Positions 20,239 to 30,634 of a DNA stretch of 64,000 nt are shown here, in pieces. The stretch's first letter is position 1. Each line of letters starts with the position of its first letter. The notes beneath the pieces were generated by a model. That model saw only the letters and a program-made list of their open reading frames with translations, ran no database searches and was not told the DNA's origin. The position numbers and the translations under genes were made by a program. The DNA comes from an uncultured Methanosarcinaceae archaeon (GTDB lineage: Archaea; Halobacteriota; Methanosarcinia; Methanosarcinales; Methanosarcinaceae), in NCBI GenBank assembly GCA_963847185.1, contig CAWJYV010000008.1, positions 544,001 to 608,000 on the forward strand, given 5' to 3'.

Positions 20239-21457
20239 ATGTTTAATACTGATTCTACAGGTTTTATGCTGCTTGCGACAAGCCTAGTGATGCTTATGAC
20301 TCCTGGCCTGACATTCTTTTACAGAGGGCTTACCTCTAAGTAAAATATTTTAGGAACTATGATGCAGAGTTTTGTCTCTCTAGGGCTGACAACTGTTTTA
20401 TGGTTTTTTGTTGGTTATTCTCTTTGCTTCAGCGGAGGCGAAGGTGCAATAATAGGAAATCTGGACAAAATGTTCTTACACGGAATTACCCCGACTACTA
20501 TGTTTGGAAACTCGGGATTCCCTGAACTTGTCTTTGTAGCTTATCAGATGATGTTTGCAATCATTACTCCAGTCCTCATTACAGGAGCATTTGCAAACCG
20601 GATTACTTTTAAAGCTTATCATTATTTTCCTTGTAATCTGGCAGCTCTTTGTCTACTACCCTTTCGTCCATATGATATGGGGTGGAGGCTTGCTTGCAAA
20701 AATGGGAGTTATTGACTTTGCAGGTGGGATAGTAGTCCATGCGACAGCCGGATTTGCAGCACTTGCTTCAGTCTTTTTCGTAGGCTCGAGGAAATATAAA
20801 GATTCAAAGCCAAACAACATCCCCTTAATGGCTATTGGAACTGCGCTTCTCTGGTTTGGCTGGTACGGATTTAACGCTGGCAGCGAGCTTAACGTGGACG
20901 GAATTACGGCACTCGCGTTTCTTAACAGTGACATAGCAGCTTCTTTCATAGCAATCACCTGGATGATAATAGAATGGTTCAAGGAATCAAAACCAAAATT
21001 TGTGGGACTTATGACAGGAGCAGTAGCAGGGCTTGCAACCATTACTCCTTCAGCAGGTCTTGTTTCCCTGCCTGTGGCTGCATTAATGGGCATACTTGGA
21101 GCTATTGTCTGCTATCTTGCAGTGCACATTAAAAACAAGATGGAATGGGATGATGCTCTGGATGTATGGGGCGTCCATGGAATTGGAGGAGTGACAGGAA
21201 CAATTCTCCTTGGAGTCTTTGCTTCAACTGCAATAAATCCTGCAGGAGCTGACGGACTGCTTTATGGTGGCATCTCATTCTTCATTAAAGAACTCGTGGT
21301 TGTTGCAGGTGCTTCAATTTATGGGTTTGTATTTACCTATGTTATGCTGATGTTCATAAATCTAATAACTCCCGTCAAAGTTTCAGATCAGGAACAGCTT
21401 ATAGGCCTGGATATTTCCCTGCATGGGGAATATGCCTACGATTCAATTATTCGGTAA
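20239..21457 (+). pseudogene. amtB: Second ammonium transporter, disrupted
   Basis: Starts ATG 20239 (MFNTDSTGFMLLATSLVMLMTPGL), with an in-frame TAA at 20341 and a frameshift near 20620. The rest has DFAGGIVVH and DDALDVWGVHG. Confidence 0.9.
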
Positions 21458-21815
21458 ATATTTCGAAGAATTCCTCTCAAGACCTGCTTAAATCTGAGTA
21501 TCTTTCACGATAAATATGTCGAAGAAAGAGGATTCTTTGAAGAAAAAGTTCATTTACTGGTAGGTTTTAGTCGAATCTTCTCTGCCGATTTTCTGTGGGG
21601 ATGTAAATTTTTCCCACGTAGAGTTCCGGAAAACTTGTCACTTTTGTAGGATCTGTAATGGGAAAAATGTAATCGTCCATATTATACATATTTTAAATAT
21701 ATGGCATTACAAGTTAGATACATCTTTAAGTTTCTATTAAATTGCCAGATTTTTCTTTTACATTTTAAACCTGTTCTTATCCTGAATGAAGAAATAGAAT
21801 TGAACCGGAGTTCCT

Positions 21816-22103
21816 ATGATTGAAAAAAATATCCCTGGCGAGATAGTAAAAGATTTACAATCTGTATGTCAGCTGCATGAACAGGCAGTTTGTAACCACG
21901 AAAAATGCAGGGAATTTAGCGACAATCTATCTCAACTTCTGGTAAGGCTTGAGGATATGAAGTTTTACGGGACAGCTGACAGGTTGATGAGCATTCTTAT
22001 AAATTGTAAACCAAAAGAGGCTTCTCACTGCGAAAAAGCAAACCTGGTCGGCGAGATGATGAAAGAAGTAGCAAAAGAGGTAAAGAAAGCATCAGGAAAT
22101 TAA
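21816..22103 (+). CDS. Hypothetical Cys/His-containing helical protein
   Basis: 95-aa ORF with a GGAG RBS and ordinary coding composition. Confidence 0.7.
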   Translation: MIEKNIPGEIVKDLQSVCQLHEQAVCNHEKCREFSDNLSQLLVRLEDMKFYGTADRLMSILINCKPKEASHCEKANLVGEMMKEVAKEVKKASGN

Positions 22104-22144
22104 AAAGAAAAGGCATTAAATAAGAAAAACGTCCACTAACGGGT

Positions 22145-23080
22145 TCAAAACAGCTGCTTTCTGAACATTGTAAAAGCTAAAATCACTGAAAAGAATATAG
22201 TCATTGAGAAAATAATTGCAAAGGCATGAGGATTGTTCTCGAAAGGAACTTCAACATTCATCCCGAAAAAACTTGCAACCATTGTTGGGATAGACAGGAT
22301 AATAGTAACTGAGGTAAGGAATTTCATAACAATATTTAGGTTATTGGAGATAACTGATGCATATGCATCCATAGTTCCGGTAAGAATATTACTATAAATA
22401 TTTGCCATTTCAATTGCCTGCTTATTCTCGATGATAACGTCTTCAAGCAAGTCGGTATCTTCCGGATACATCTTAACGGGAGTGGATCTCAAAATTTTCT
22501 CAAGGACTATCTCATTGCTTTTCAACGAGGTAGAAAAATATACAAGACTTTTTTCCAATTCGAGAAGCTGGATTAACTCTTTATTTTTCAGGGATTTATG
22601 CAACTTTGATTCAATTTTGTCACTGGTTTTATCGATATTTCTTAGGTACTGGAGATACAACTTCGAGTTTTTATACAGAATCTGAAGAAGGAAACGTGTT
22701 TTCTTAAATGTATAAAAAGATTTATTTTTTCGTTCAATAAAATCTTTTATAACGTAATTCTCTTTAAGAGAAACAGTAACAATATTATTTTCAGTAATTA
22801 TAATTCCAAGAGGAATAGTATAATAAATTCCCCCTTGTTGCAAATTTGTATCGGGAACAGGGATGTCTATTAATACAACAGTACATCCCTCATCTACTTC
22901 AATTCTGGAGCGCTCCTCTTCATCGAGTGCAGCTTTGACGTGATCAACGGGAATATTCAGGTTATTTGAAACATACATTATTTCCTGGGGATTTGGATTT
23001 ATAAGGTTAATCCATGCTCCATTCTCAACATGGTCGAGAGTTATCATTCCGTTATCTGCTGATTTGTATATCTGAAGCAT
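22145..23080 (-). CDS. corA: CorA-family Mg2+ transporter
   Basis: NNLNIVMKFLT...FFGMNV signature and two C-terminal transmembrane helices. Confidence 0.92.
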   Translation of the reverse strand: MLQIYKSADNGMITLDHVENGAWINLINPNPQEIMYVSNNLNIPVDHVKAALDEEERSRIEVDEGCTVVLIDIPVPDTNLQQGGIYYTIPLGIIITENNIVTVSLKENYVIKDFIERKNKSFYTFKKTRFLLQILYKNSKLYLQYLRNIDKTSDKIESKLHKSLKNKELIQLLELEKSLVYFSTSLKSNEIVLEKILRSTPVKMYPEDTDLLEDVIIENKQAIEMANIYSNILTGTMDAYASVISNNLNIVMKFLTSVTIILSIPTMVASFFGMNVEVPFENNPHAFAIIFSMTIFFSVILAFTMFRKQLF

Positions 23081-23320
23081 GTCTGTTTCTCCTTTTTTCG
23101 GTTATATAGGTTACAACTCCTTACCAGGTGAAAATGAGATTAATTATCCTTCAAGCAGAGCACAGATGTATATATAGATTTTCATGAGCTAATATAAACA
23201 GATTGTTAAAAAGAATATAATGTAACTTGTAGCCCATGATAGCATCCTTTAGACAGGAATATCTATCATAAATTAAAAATCCAAAATAAATTAAAAATCA
23301 AAAGATGGAATAGATGAACG

Positions 23321-23640
23321 TCAACGCGGGATGTAGAACATAATCAAAACGCCCACGAGTGCAATTAATGCACCTATCACCTCATATTTGTCGGGATTTT
23401 TCTTATCGACAAAAGCTCCCCATATCAAGGATGAAACAATAAATATTCCACCGTAAGCTGCATAGACCATGCCGAATGTGCGGGCTGGAAAGTTGGAATA
23501 ATTCTATAGATTGCCAGTATTAACCTGCCCAGAGCCCGAATACCGCTCCTTTATTCTCCCTCAACCATAACCAGAGAAGATATCCTCCCCCGATTTCAAA
23601 AATGCCTGCAAGAATAAACAGGAGAATAGGTATATAGAAA
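23321..23640 (-). pseudogene. YnfA (UPF0060) family small membrane protein, frameshifted
   Basis: Minus-strand fragments in different frames: [40 protein letters not shown] and DKKNPDKYEVIGALIALVGVLIMFYIPR*. Confidence 0.8.
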
Positions 23641-23811
23641 ACATCTTTTTCGGGAAATACAGCTGGAGTCTATTTTTAACATACCTTTAGATCTCACCAG
23701 AAATATATATAAATACACTGATCTGAGTCATTATTGACTAAATTAAACTATTGGCTCTTTCGAGGGCAATGTATAGTGGCTTAATTTAAGCGAAGAGTCT
23801 AAAAAGTAAAA

Positions 23812-23967
23812 TTATCTGCAGCAGTCGCATCCACCACAGGAAGGAATAATATTATTTCCATTTTCCACTTCCAAACATTCAAAGCAGATTTTTGTTGTGC
23901 CAACTTTCCTGTGTTTTACCCTAAGTAGAGAATTTTCGTCCTTCCCATAGATAGAACACTTTACTAT
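23812..23967 (-). CDS. Small Cys-rich putative Zn-binding protein, possibly decayed
   Basis: VKCSIYGKDE...KICFEC...SCGGCDCCR. The expected start codon reads ATA, and CSIY may be a degenerate CxxC. Confidence 0.5.
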   Translation of the reverse strand: MVKCSIYGKDENSLLRVKHRKVGTTKICFECLEVENGNNIIPSCGGCDCCR

Positions 23968-24967
23968 ATTTAAACCCTTTATTATATATTTATATAAATA
24001 TGTTCTCAAACCTCGTTAGTTATAAGTAACTACCTTTAGGATTAAACCTATTATTTTGAGATTTTGTTTTATTTGATGTTCAGTTAAAAATTTATATAAA
24101 AAGCTTCACTCAAAGCTTCAGGTGTTTATTATAGATAAATAGGCAAGTTCATGTAAAAAAAATAGAAGAGAAGAAAACAAATACAACATTCAAAAAAGAA
24201 TTCAATAAATAAGAAGATATTAAATTTAGAAGTACATAACCCTTATATAAAAATGAAATAAATAATATAAAAATAGAGTTAAAATCACTTTATTTAAATA
24301 CACCTCCATTCAATTAATAATAGAGGTGTTTTGAGGCTAGTTACATATATTATTTGATGATTTATATATAAGAAATCTAAATAATAGGAAGAACAAAATT
24401 TAATTAATAATTAATAGGGGTAGAACATAAAAGAAAAACCAGATCATCAAGTTTAAATATGCCTTTGTTATATTGCTAAATGTTAGCATTTCGATAGCAT
24501 ACATGCATCATTTAGTAGTATTTAGTATTATTTAGCAGTGTTTATTATTATTACCCCTCATAATTTTAGTCTGAGAATGTATGCATTTAAGAAAAAATTG
24601 TATTTCATTATTCTTGAGAGTAATATAAAAGTGAAGAGAAAATCACTATCTTTAAATATGCCTTTAATAGATTAAAGTTTGCACATATCGATATTATGTA
24701 AAAATATATATATATATTATTATTTCTTGTGAATATAATAAAAGAATATTATAATATGTGGATAGTTCAATCCATTTTTTTATATATTCTTACAGTTTCG
24801 GAGTTACGCAGTTGGATTGGGAAACCAACATCATGAGGTCATTAGCTGTAAAACACGAACTCATTAAAAGCCTAATGAGTTTGGTTTTGTTCTTCAAATG
24901 CGTAAATTCCAATAGTATAGGTCAGAGGTTAAACAGATCGGAGGAAATAGGTCGGAGGATACGTTGT

Positions 24968-26890
24968 ATGATGGAAACAACAATAATGCTATTAATCGCA
25001 GTACCCCTACTTTTTTCGTTTTTATTCCTAGGTCTTGGTAAGAGTATGTACAAAGTTCTTGCTTGGGCTTTCTTTATATTTGGGGTAATTTTTTCAGTTC
25101 AGTTAGTTCGGGACGGTGTTGGAGTCTACGAAATAACTGGACCAGATTTTGCAATGGTTGAAAATATTGTTCTTGTACTTGAAGTACTGGTGGTACTATT
25201 TATTCTTGCTGTGTCAGCAAAATATAAAAACTGGCCTACACTTGTACTGGGACTAATTTCAGCAGCTTTATTTGCTTACACTTTTACCAATGTTCCAGAA
25301 GTTGAAAGTGCTTCTTTTAATATTGATCAATTTTCTCAGGTAATGATATTAATTGTTAATGTAGTCGGTACTGCAATCATATTATTCGCAACCGGTTATA
25401 TGGATGAATATGAAGAACACAGGCATCTTCACCGGCAGAAGATATTTTACTTTACAATGAGTTTCTTCCTAGCAGCCATGAATGGTCTGGTAATGGCTGA
25501 CACACTGGGATGGCTGTTTCTTTTCTGGGAACTAACGACTCTTTGTTCGTTCGTGTTGATCTCATACAACATGGATCAGGAAGGAATAAACAATGGTTTC
25601 AGAGCTCTGGCTTTAAACCTTGTTGGTGGAATTGCTTTATCTATAGGCATAATTCTTCTCGCTACTAAATTTGAAGAACCTATAACTACTCTTTCTGGAA
25701 TCGGAACTTATGCTGGAACTGATGCAGCAGCAATGGCCGCTGTAGCTCTTCCTGTTGCCTTACTCTGTCTCGGAGGCTTTGCAAAATCTGCTCAGATGCC
25801 TTTCCAGAGCTGGCTCTTAGGCGCAATGGTAGCCCCAACCCCGGTTTCTGCCTTACTGCACTCAAGCACAATGGTGAACGCCGGTGTGTTTTTAGTTGTC
25901 AAACTGGTACCAGCTTTTGCGGGCACAGGTCTCGGAACTGCTATTGCAATCTACGGTAGCTTTAGCTTCATTATGTGCTCAGCTTTAGCCTTATCTCAAA
26001 GAAATGCTAAAAGAGTGCTTGCGTATTCAACTATTGCAAACCTGGGATTAATTATCGCAAGTGCTGGAATAGGTACACCTCTGGCTGTAGCTGCTGCAAT
26101 TATGCTTATTCTGTTCCACGCCATATCAAAAGCTCTTCTATTCCTGTGCACAGGTGAAATTGAGCACACCATAGGAAGCAGAGATATCGAAGACATGTCA
26201 GGACTAATAAAAAAGGCTCCTCTTCTCGCCACGCTCGCAGCTCTGGGAATGGTATCCATGCTATTACCTCCTTTTGGAGTATTGCTTACAAAATGGGTAT
26301 CAATGGAAGCTGCTTCAAGCAACCCTATTGTGATAGTATTCCTTATACTTGGAAGTGCACTCACTACAGTTTATTACGCTAAATGGCTTGGAACGATATT
26401 GTCGTCCACTATGGATAAAAATGCAGTCACTCATAAAAAACCGGAAACATATTTCCCGTTATCGTTCCTTGGATTAAGTATTGTAGGTACAAGTATTCTT
26501 ATATTTACGATATACGATTACTTCATTAAACCTCAGGTTGAAACTTTACTTAATATTGCTCCTACTATTTCAGGACAATCTGGACAATTTACCTCTGAAA
26601 TAGGTGCATTTGCTTACGCAGCAATATTCGTAGTGCTTGCTATGGCTATTCTGATCTATTTCGCTACCAAAAATATGTTCACCCCTCGTAAAGCTAACTA
26701 TTATATGTGCGGGGAAAACAACATTGAAAAGGACGGATTAATGTTCAGAAATGGACTTTGCAGTTACGATAAAAGCAGTGCTTCTAACATTTATCTTCAA
26801 AGCACTTTTGGAGAAAACAAGCTTACAACACTCGGATACGTAATTTCGATATTGCTTATCGTACTTGCATTAGCAGGAGGAGTATTATGA
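24968..26890 (+). CDS. echA: Ech hydrogenase subunit A (antiporter-like)
   Basis: WEL, KSAQMPFQSWL and AMVAPTPVSALLHSSTMV motifs. Start set at ATG 24968/24971 after GGAGG. Confidence 0.95.
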   Translation: MMETTIMLLIAVPLLFSFLFLGLGKSMYKVLAWAFFIFGVIFSVQLVRDGVGVYEITGPDFAMVENIVLVLEVLVVLFILAVSAKYKNWPTLVLGLISAALFAYTFTNVPEVESASFNIDQFSQVMILIVNVVGTAIILFATGYMDEYEEHRHLHRQKIFYFTMSFFLAAMNGLVMADTLGWLFLFWELTTLCSFVLISYNMDQEGINNGFRALALNLVGGIALSIGIILLATKFEEPITTLSGIGTYAGTDAAAMAAVALPVALLCLGGFAKSAQMPFQSWLLGAMVAPTPVSALLHSSTMVNAGVFLVVKLVPAFAGTGLGTAIAIYGSFSFIMCSALALSQRNAKRVLAYSTIANLGLIIASAGIGTPLAVAAAIMLILFHAISKALLFLCTGEIEHTIGSRDIEDMSGLIKKAPLLATLAALGMVSMLLPPFGVLLTKWVSMEAASSNPIVIVFLILGSALTTVYYAKWLGTILSSTMDKNAVTHKKPETYFPLSFLGLSIVGTSILIFTIYDYFIKPQVETLLNIAPTISGQSGQFTSEIGAFAYAAIFVVLAMAILIYFATKNMFTPRKANYYMCGENNIEKDGLMFRNGLCSYDKSSASNIYLQSTFGENKLTTLGYVISILLIVLALAGGVL

Positions 26891-27756
26891 ATATGAACGA
26901 TGTTCTAACAATTGTTCTTGTTTTAATTGGTGCTCCTATTATCGGCTGTTTAGCTGCAGGAATTGACAGGAAAATAACTGCAAGATTGCAAGGTAGAGTT
27001 GGTCCTCCTCTTTTGCAGCCATACTATGATGTCAAGAAGCTTCTCAGTAAAGACAATATGATTGTAAATGGGTCTCAAAACTTTTACGTAGTCGTGTACC
27101 TAGTCTTTATAGTTCTGAGCCTCTTGATGTTAGTTTTCAGACAAGATATTTTGATGATAATATTCGTATACACGGTATCTTCAATAGCTCTCATTGTAGG
27201 AGGAATGAGCACTGGTTCTCCATACGCCAGAGTAGGAAGTTCAAGGGAAATTATGGCTATACTGTCCTATGAACCAGTTTTAATTTTATACGCTCTTGCA
27301 ATATACTTGCTTACCGGCACCTTTAAACTATCTGCAGTAGTAGATGCACCGACTCCTCTCCTGATGTATACCCCTCTAATATTCATAGCAATGTTATTTG
27401 TTTTGAATATAAAATTAAAAAAATCACCCTTTGATTATTCAACCTCTCACCATGCTCATCAGGAGCTGGTTAAAGGTATGCTTACCGAATATTCAGGGCC
27501 AGGACTGGCCGGCATTGAGATTGCGCACTTCTATGAATACGTATTTTTAACAGGACTTATTTTTGTATTCTGGACAGTAAACCCATTGATAGGCATGCTT
27601 ATCTCATTCGCTGCTTTCTTGCTTGTAATTGTTATAGACAATATTACTGCAAGAGTGTATTGGCAATGGATGCTCAAATTGAGCTGGACATTCCTACTGG
27701 CAATTTCCATTGTGAACATAGCATTCCTGTACTTTAGTGGAGTCAAAATAGTGTGA
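26887..27756 (+). CDS. echB: Ech hydrogenase subunit B
   Basis: DRKITARLQGRVGPP (NuoH-like) and PFD...E...GMLTEYSG motifs. Confidence 0.95.
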   Translation: MNMNDVLTIVLVLIGAPIIGCLAAGIDRKITARLQGRVGPPLLQPYYDVKKLLSKDNMIVNGSQNFYVVVYLVFIVLSLLMLVFRQDILMIIFVYTVSSIALIVGGMSTGSPYARVGSSREIMAILSYEPVLILYALAIYLLTGTFKLSAVVDAPTPLLMYTPLIFIAMLFVLNIKLKKSPFDYSTSHHAHQELVKGMLTEYSGPGLAGIEIAHFYEYVFLTGLIFVFWTVNPLIGMLISFAAFLLVIVIDNITARVYWQWMLKLSWTFLLAISIVNIAFLYFSGVKIV

Positions 27757-27769
27757 AAGAGGGAGATTT

Positions 27770-28240
27770 ATGAGTTTGGCAAAATCCCCATGGATTATAC
27801 ATGTAAATTGTAACAGTTGCAATGGCTGTGACATTGAGGTAGTAGCCTGTCTTACTCCTTTATATGATGCTGAAAGATTTGGTGTTTTAAATATTGGGAC
27901 TCCCAAACAAGCAGATATAATGGTAGTTACCGGCTCGATAAATTACAAAAATGTTAACGTGCTTAAGAACATTTATAACCAGATCCCTGACCCAAAGGTC
28001 GTTTTAGCTGTTGGCGCCTGTGCATCCACAGGCGGAATATTCCATAACTGCTACAATGTGATAGGTGGAGCGGACCAGGTCATACCCGTAGATGCGTATG
28101 TTCCCGGATGCTGCCCAAGACCTGAAGCCATACTTGACGGCGTAGTAGCAGCACTTTCAATACTTGAGAATAAGAAGAAAGGGAATATTAAGGGAAAAGA
28201 AATAAAATTGAAAGGAAACGAGGTGCCATCGAATGCTTGA
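27770..28240 (+). CDS. echC: Ech hydrogenase small subunit C
   Basis: SCNGCDIE, GACASTGG and VPGCCPRP motifs. Confidence 0.96.
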   Translation: MSLAKSPWIIHVNCNSCNGCDIEVVACLTPLYDAERFGVLNIGTPKQADIMVVTGSINYKNVNVLKNIYNQIPDPKVVLAVGACASTGGIFHNCYNVIGGADQVIPVDAYVPGCCPRPEAILDGVVAALSILENKKKGNIKGKEIKLKGNEVPSNA

Positions 28241-28574
28241 GAATGAGGTAGAGATTAAAGGCAGCGCAGAACTGATAAAAACTGTTGAGGGTTTAAAAAG
28301 TGATGGCTATCGATATTCTACTATGATATGCCTGAAAGCCAACGAAGGTCATGATTTGATATACATCTTTGAAAAAGATAACAGGTTAAAAAATTTAAGG
28401 TACTTTGTGAAACCAGGTGAGAAACCCAAAAGTGTGTCAGGCATTTATCTATGCGCACTTTTGATCGAGAATGAGTACCAGGATCTCTTCGGATTGACTT
28501 TCGAAGGCTTAGCAATAGACTACAAAGGCCACCTTTACCTAACGCCAAACAGTCCAAAAACTCCCTTGGCTTAA
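28233..28574 (+). CDS. echD: Ech hydrogenase subunit D
   Basis: NuoC-like ENEYQDLFGLTF motif and operon position. Confidence 0.93.
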   Translation: MLENEVEIKGSAELIKTVEGLKSDGYRYSTMICLKANEGHDLIYIFEKDNRLKNLRYFVKPGEKPKSVSGIYLCALLIENEYQDLFGLTFEGLAIDYKGHLYLTPNSPKTPLA

Positions 28575-28596
28575 AGCAATTTGAGAGGAGAATCAC

Positions 28597-29673
28597 ATGA
28601 CAACCGTAATACCTTTTGGTCCTCAACATCCCGTTTTACCCGAGCCAGTATCGTTAAAACTTGAAATTGACAACGATGTTGTTGTTGGAGCACTTCCCTC
28701 ACTGGGCTACGTACACAGAGGGCTTGAGAAATTCATAGATACCAAGGACTATAACCAAACAACGTATATTTGCGAAAGAATATGCGGAATATGCAGTGCA
28801 CTTCATGGTATAACTTATACAAAGGCAGTTGAAAAACTGTTCAATGTTGAAATCCCTGAAAGAGCGGATTATATTAGAGTGATAGTTGGTGAACTCAACA
28901 GAGTTCACAGTCACCTCCTCTGGCTTGGCCTGTTTGCAGATGGTTTTGGATTTGAAAGTCTCTTTTACGAATGCTGGAAGTACAGAGAGCCAGTATTAGA
29001 TGTGTTGGAGAGAATCACTGGAAACAGAGTTATCCATTCAATATCCAGAGTTGGAGGAGTTAACAGAGATTTGACTAAAGAGAACATTGATATGATTCTG
29101 AAAATGCTCGACACAGTGGAATCTCAAGTTAAAGACCTTGAAAAAGTATTCATAAATAATTACACAGTTAAGAAAAGAACTGTGGGATTAGCTACAATGT
29201 CAAAACAACTTGCTTATGAGGCTGGAACTGCTGGTCCTACACTTAGAGGAAGTGGGAACGCCGTTGATGTAAGAGAAACAGCAGACTGGGATATTTATAG
29301 GGATCTTGGTTTTAAGCCAGTTGTTGAAAAAGATGGAGATTGCTACGCCAGAACAAAAATAAGAGTTTTCGAGTTATATGAATCCATTAAATTGATAAGG
29401 AATGCGATTTCCAAAATGCCGAATGGTGATATTGCAACACCCATAAAGGGCTTCCCTACCGGTGAAGCGATTATGAGAACAGAGCAGCCCAGAGGTGAAG
29501 TTGTATATTATGTGAAAGGCAATGGTACTAAAAACCTGGAAAGACTTAAAATAAGAACCCCTACCTTTGCAAATATACCTTCACTATTACTGATGCTCCC
29601 GGGCGTTAAACTCGCTGATGTGCCTATAGTTGTACTTACTATAGATCCCTGCATTAGCTGCACTGAAAGATAA
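28597..29673 (+). CDS. echE: Ech [NiFe]-hydrogenase large subunit E
   Basis: ERICGICS and C-terminal DPCISCTER Ni-binding motifs. Confidence 0.97.
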   Translation: MTTVIPFGPQHPVLPEPVSLKLEIDNDVVVGALPSLGYVHRGLEKFIDTKDYNQTTYICERICGICSALHGITYTKAVEKLFNVEIPERADYIRVIVGELNRVHSHLLWLGLFADGFGFESLFYECWKYREPVLDVLERITGNRVIHSISRVGGVNRDLTKENIDMILKMLDTVESQVKDLEKVFINNYTVKKRTVGLATMSKQLAYEAGTAGPTLRGSGNAVDVRETADWDIYRDLGFKPVVEKDGDCYARTKIRVFELYESIKLIRNAISKMPNGDIATPIKGFPTGEAIMRTEQPRGEVVYYVKGNGTKNLERLKIRTPTFANIPSLLLMLPGVKLADVPIVVLTIDPCISCTER

Positions 29674-29689
29674 AAAGAAGGGTGATATA

Positions 29690-30103
29690 ATGGGTATGTT
29701 AAACCTTGTTCTAACAAATATTTCTCGTAAACCTGCTACCAGACTTTACCCCTTCGAGATAAGGGCACCTTTTGAAGAATTTAAGGGAAGAATTGTTTTC
29801 AAGCCTGAAAACTGTATTCTCTGCGGGATATGTCAAAAGAAATGCCCCCCTGATGCAATAACAGTTACTAAGGCTGACAAAACATGGGAACTTAATGTAT
29901 TTAGATGCATCATGTGCACCGAGTGTGTTGCTGGTTGCCCGAAAGATTGTATAACAATATCTAACGAAAGAGCAAAAACTGGTGCAAAAGAGTATATTAA
30001 AGTACTGGTTCCGATAGTAGACAAACCAAAAGCAGATGCTCCAAAAACAGATTCTCCAAAAGCAGCAAAAGCAGCGCCTTCAAAAGCAGCATCTTCAAAA
30101 TAA
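29690..30103 (+). CDS. echF: Ech hydrogenase subunit F, 2x[4Fe-4S]
   Basis: CILCGICQKKCP and CIMCTECVAGCP motifs. Confidence 0.96.
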   Translation: MGMLNLVLTNISRKPATRLYPFEIRAPFEEFKGRIVFKPENCILCGICQKKCPPDAITVTKADKTWELNVFRCIMCTECVAGCPKDCITISNERAKTGAKEYIKVLVPIVDKPKADAPKTDSPKAAKAAPSKAASSK

Positions 30104-30283
30104 TAGTTTTAATTTAAAACTTATTTTTTTACAGGACTCTGCTTATTATTTTTTGGGTCATACCCTGAAAAATAGAAATACCGCCTGCTCTCCGGTCTAA
30201 AAAGTTTAGTGTACAGGGAATCCTCAAGGGATTTCCCTGGAAGCTATCCGTTAGGAAAGAGATCAAAAATTTACTTTTTTACA

Positions 30284-30634
30284 TTAATTTCCACAACAAC
30301 ATCCCTTTTTTTCTTCCGGAATTTCAGACTTATTACTCTCAAAGACAGAATCATAGACATTTTCATTGTAAATATTTGTCCAGCCGAGCTGAGAACCGGC
30401 TGCTATGAACATAGCAACAGCAATGGCTTCTGCAATTTCCTTTTTACTGGCTCCATAAGTAATAGCCCTCTGGGAGTGGATATCGACACAGAACTGGCAG
30501 CGCATAAGGACTGAGGAAGCGACTGCAATAAGTTCCTTGCTCTTGCGGTCAAGTGTGCCGCTTTCAAAGATCGAATCTCTCATTTTTCCAAATGCTTCGG
30601 AAGTTTCGGGCAATATTTCGTTCAAAAATGACAT
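30284..30634 (-). CDS. Carboxymuconolactone decarboxylase/AhpD-family protein
   Basis: LDRKSKELIAVA...CQFCVDIH...GASKKEIAE. Confidence 0.88.
   Translation of the reverse strand: MSFLNEILPETSEAFGKMRDSIFESGTLDRKSKELIAVASSVLMRCQFCVDIHSQRAITYGASKKEIAEAIAVAMFIAAGSQLGWTNIYNENVYDSVFESNKSEIPEEKKGCCCGN

Noticed and set aside
20341-20343. Recoding rescue of the second amtB
   Set aside because: The stop is TAA rather than TAG or TGA, and an independent frameshift follows.
23081-23320. Mg2+ (M-box) riboswitch upstream of corA
   Set aside because: AT-rich sequence with no recognisable conserved elements; an Infernal search would be needed to exclude it.
24758-24967. 70-aa N-terminal extension of EchA in the ORF track
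   Set aside because: The RBS GGAGG precedes ATG 24968, and the extension looks non-coding.
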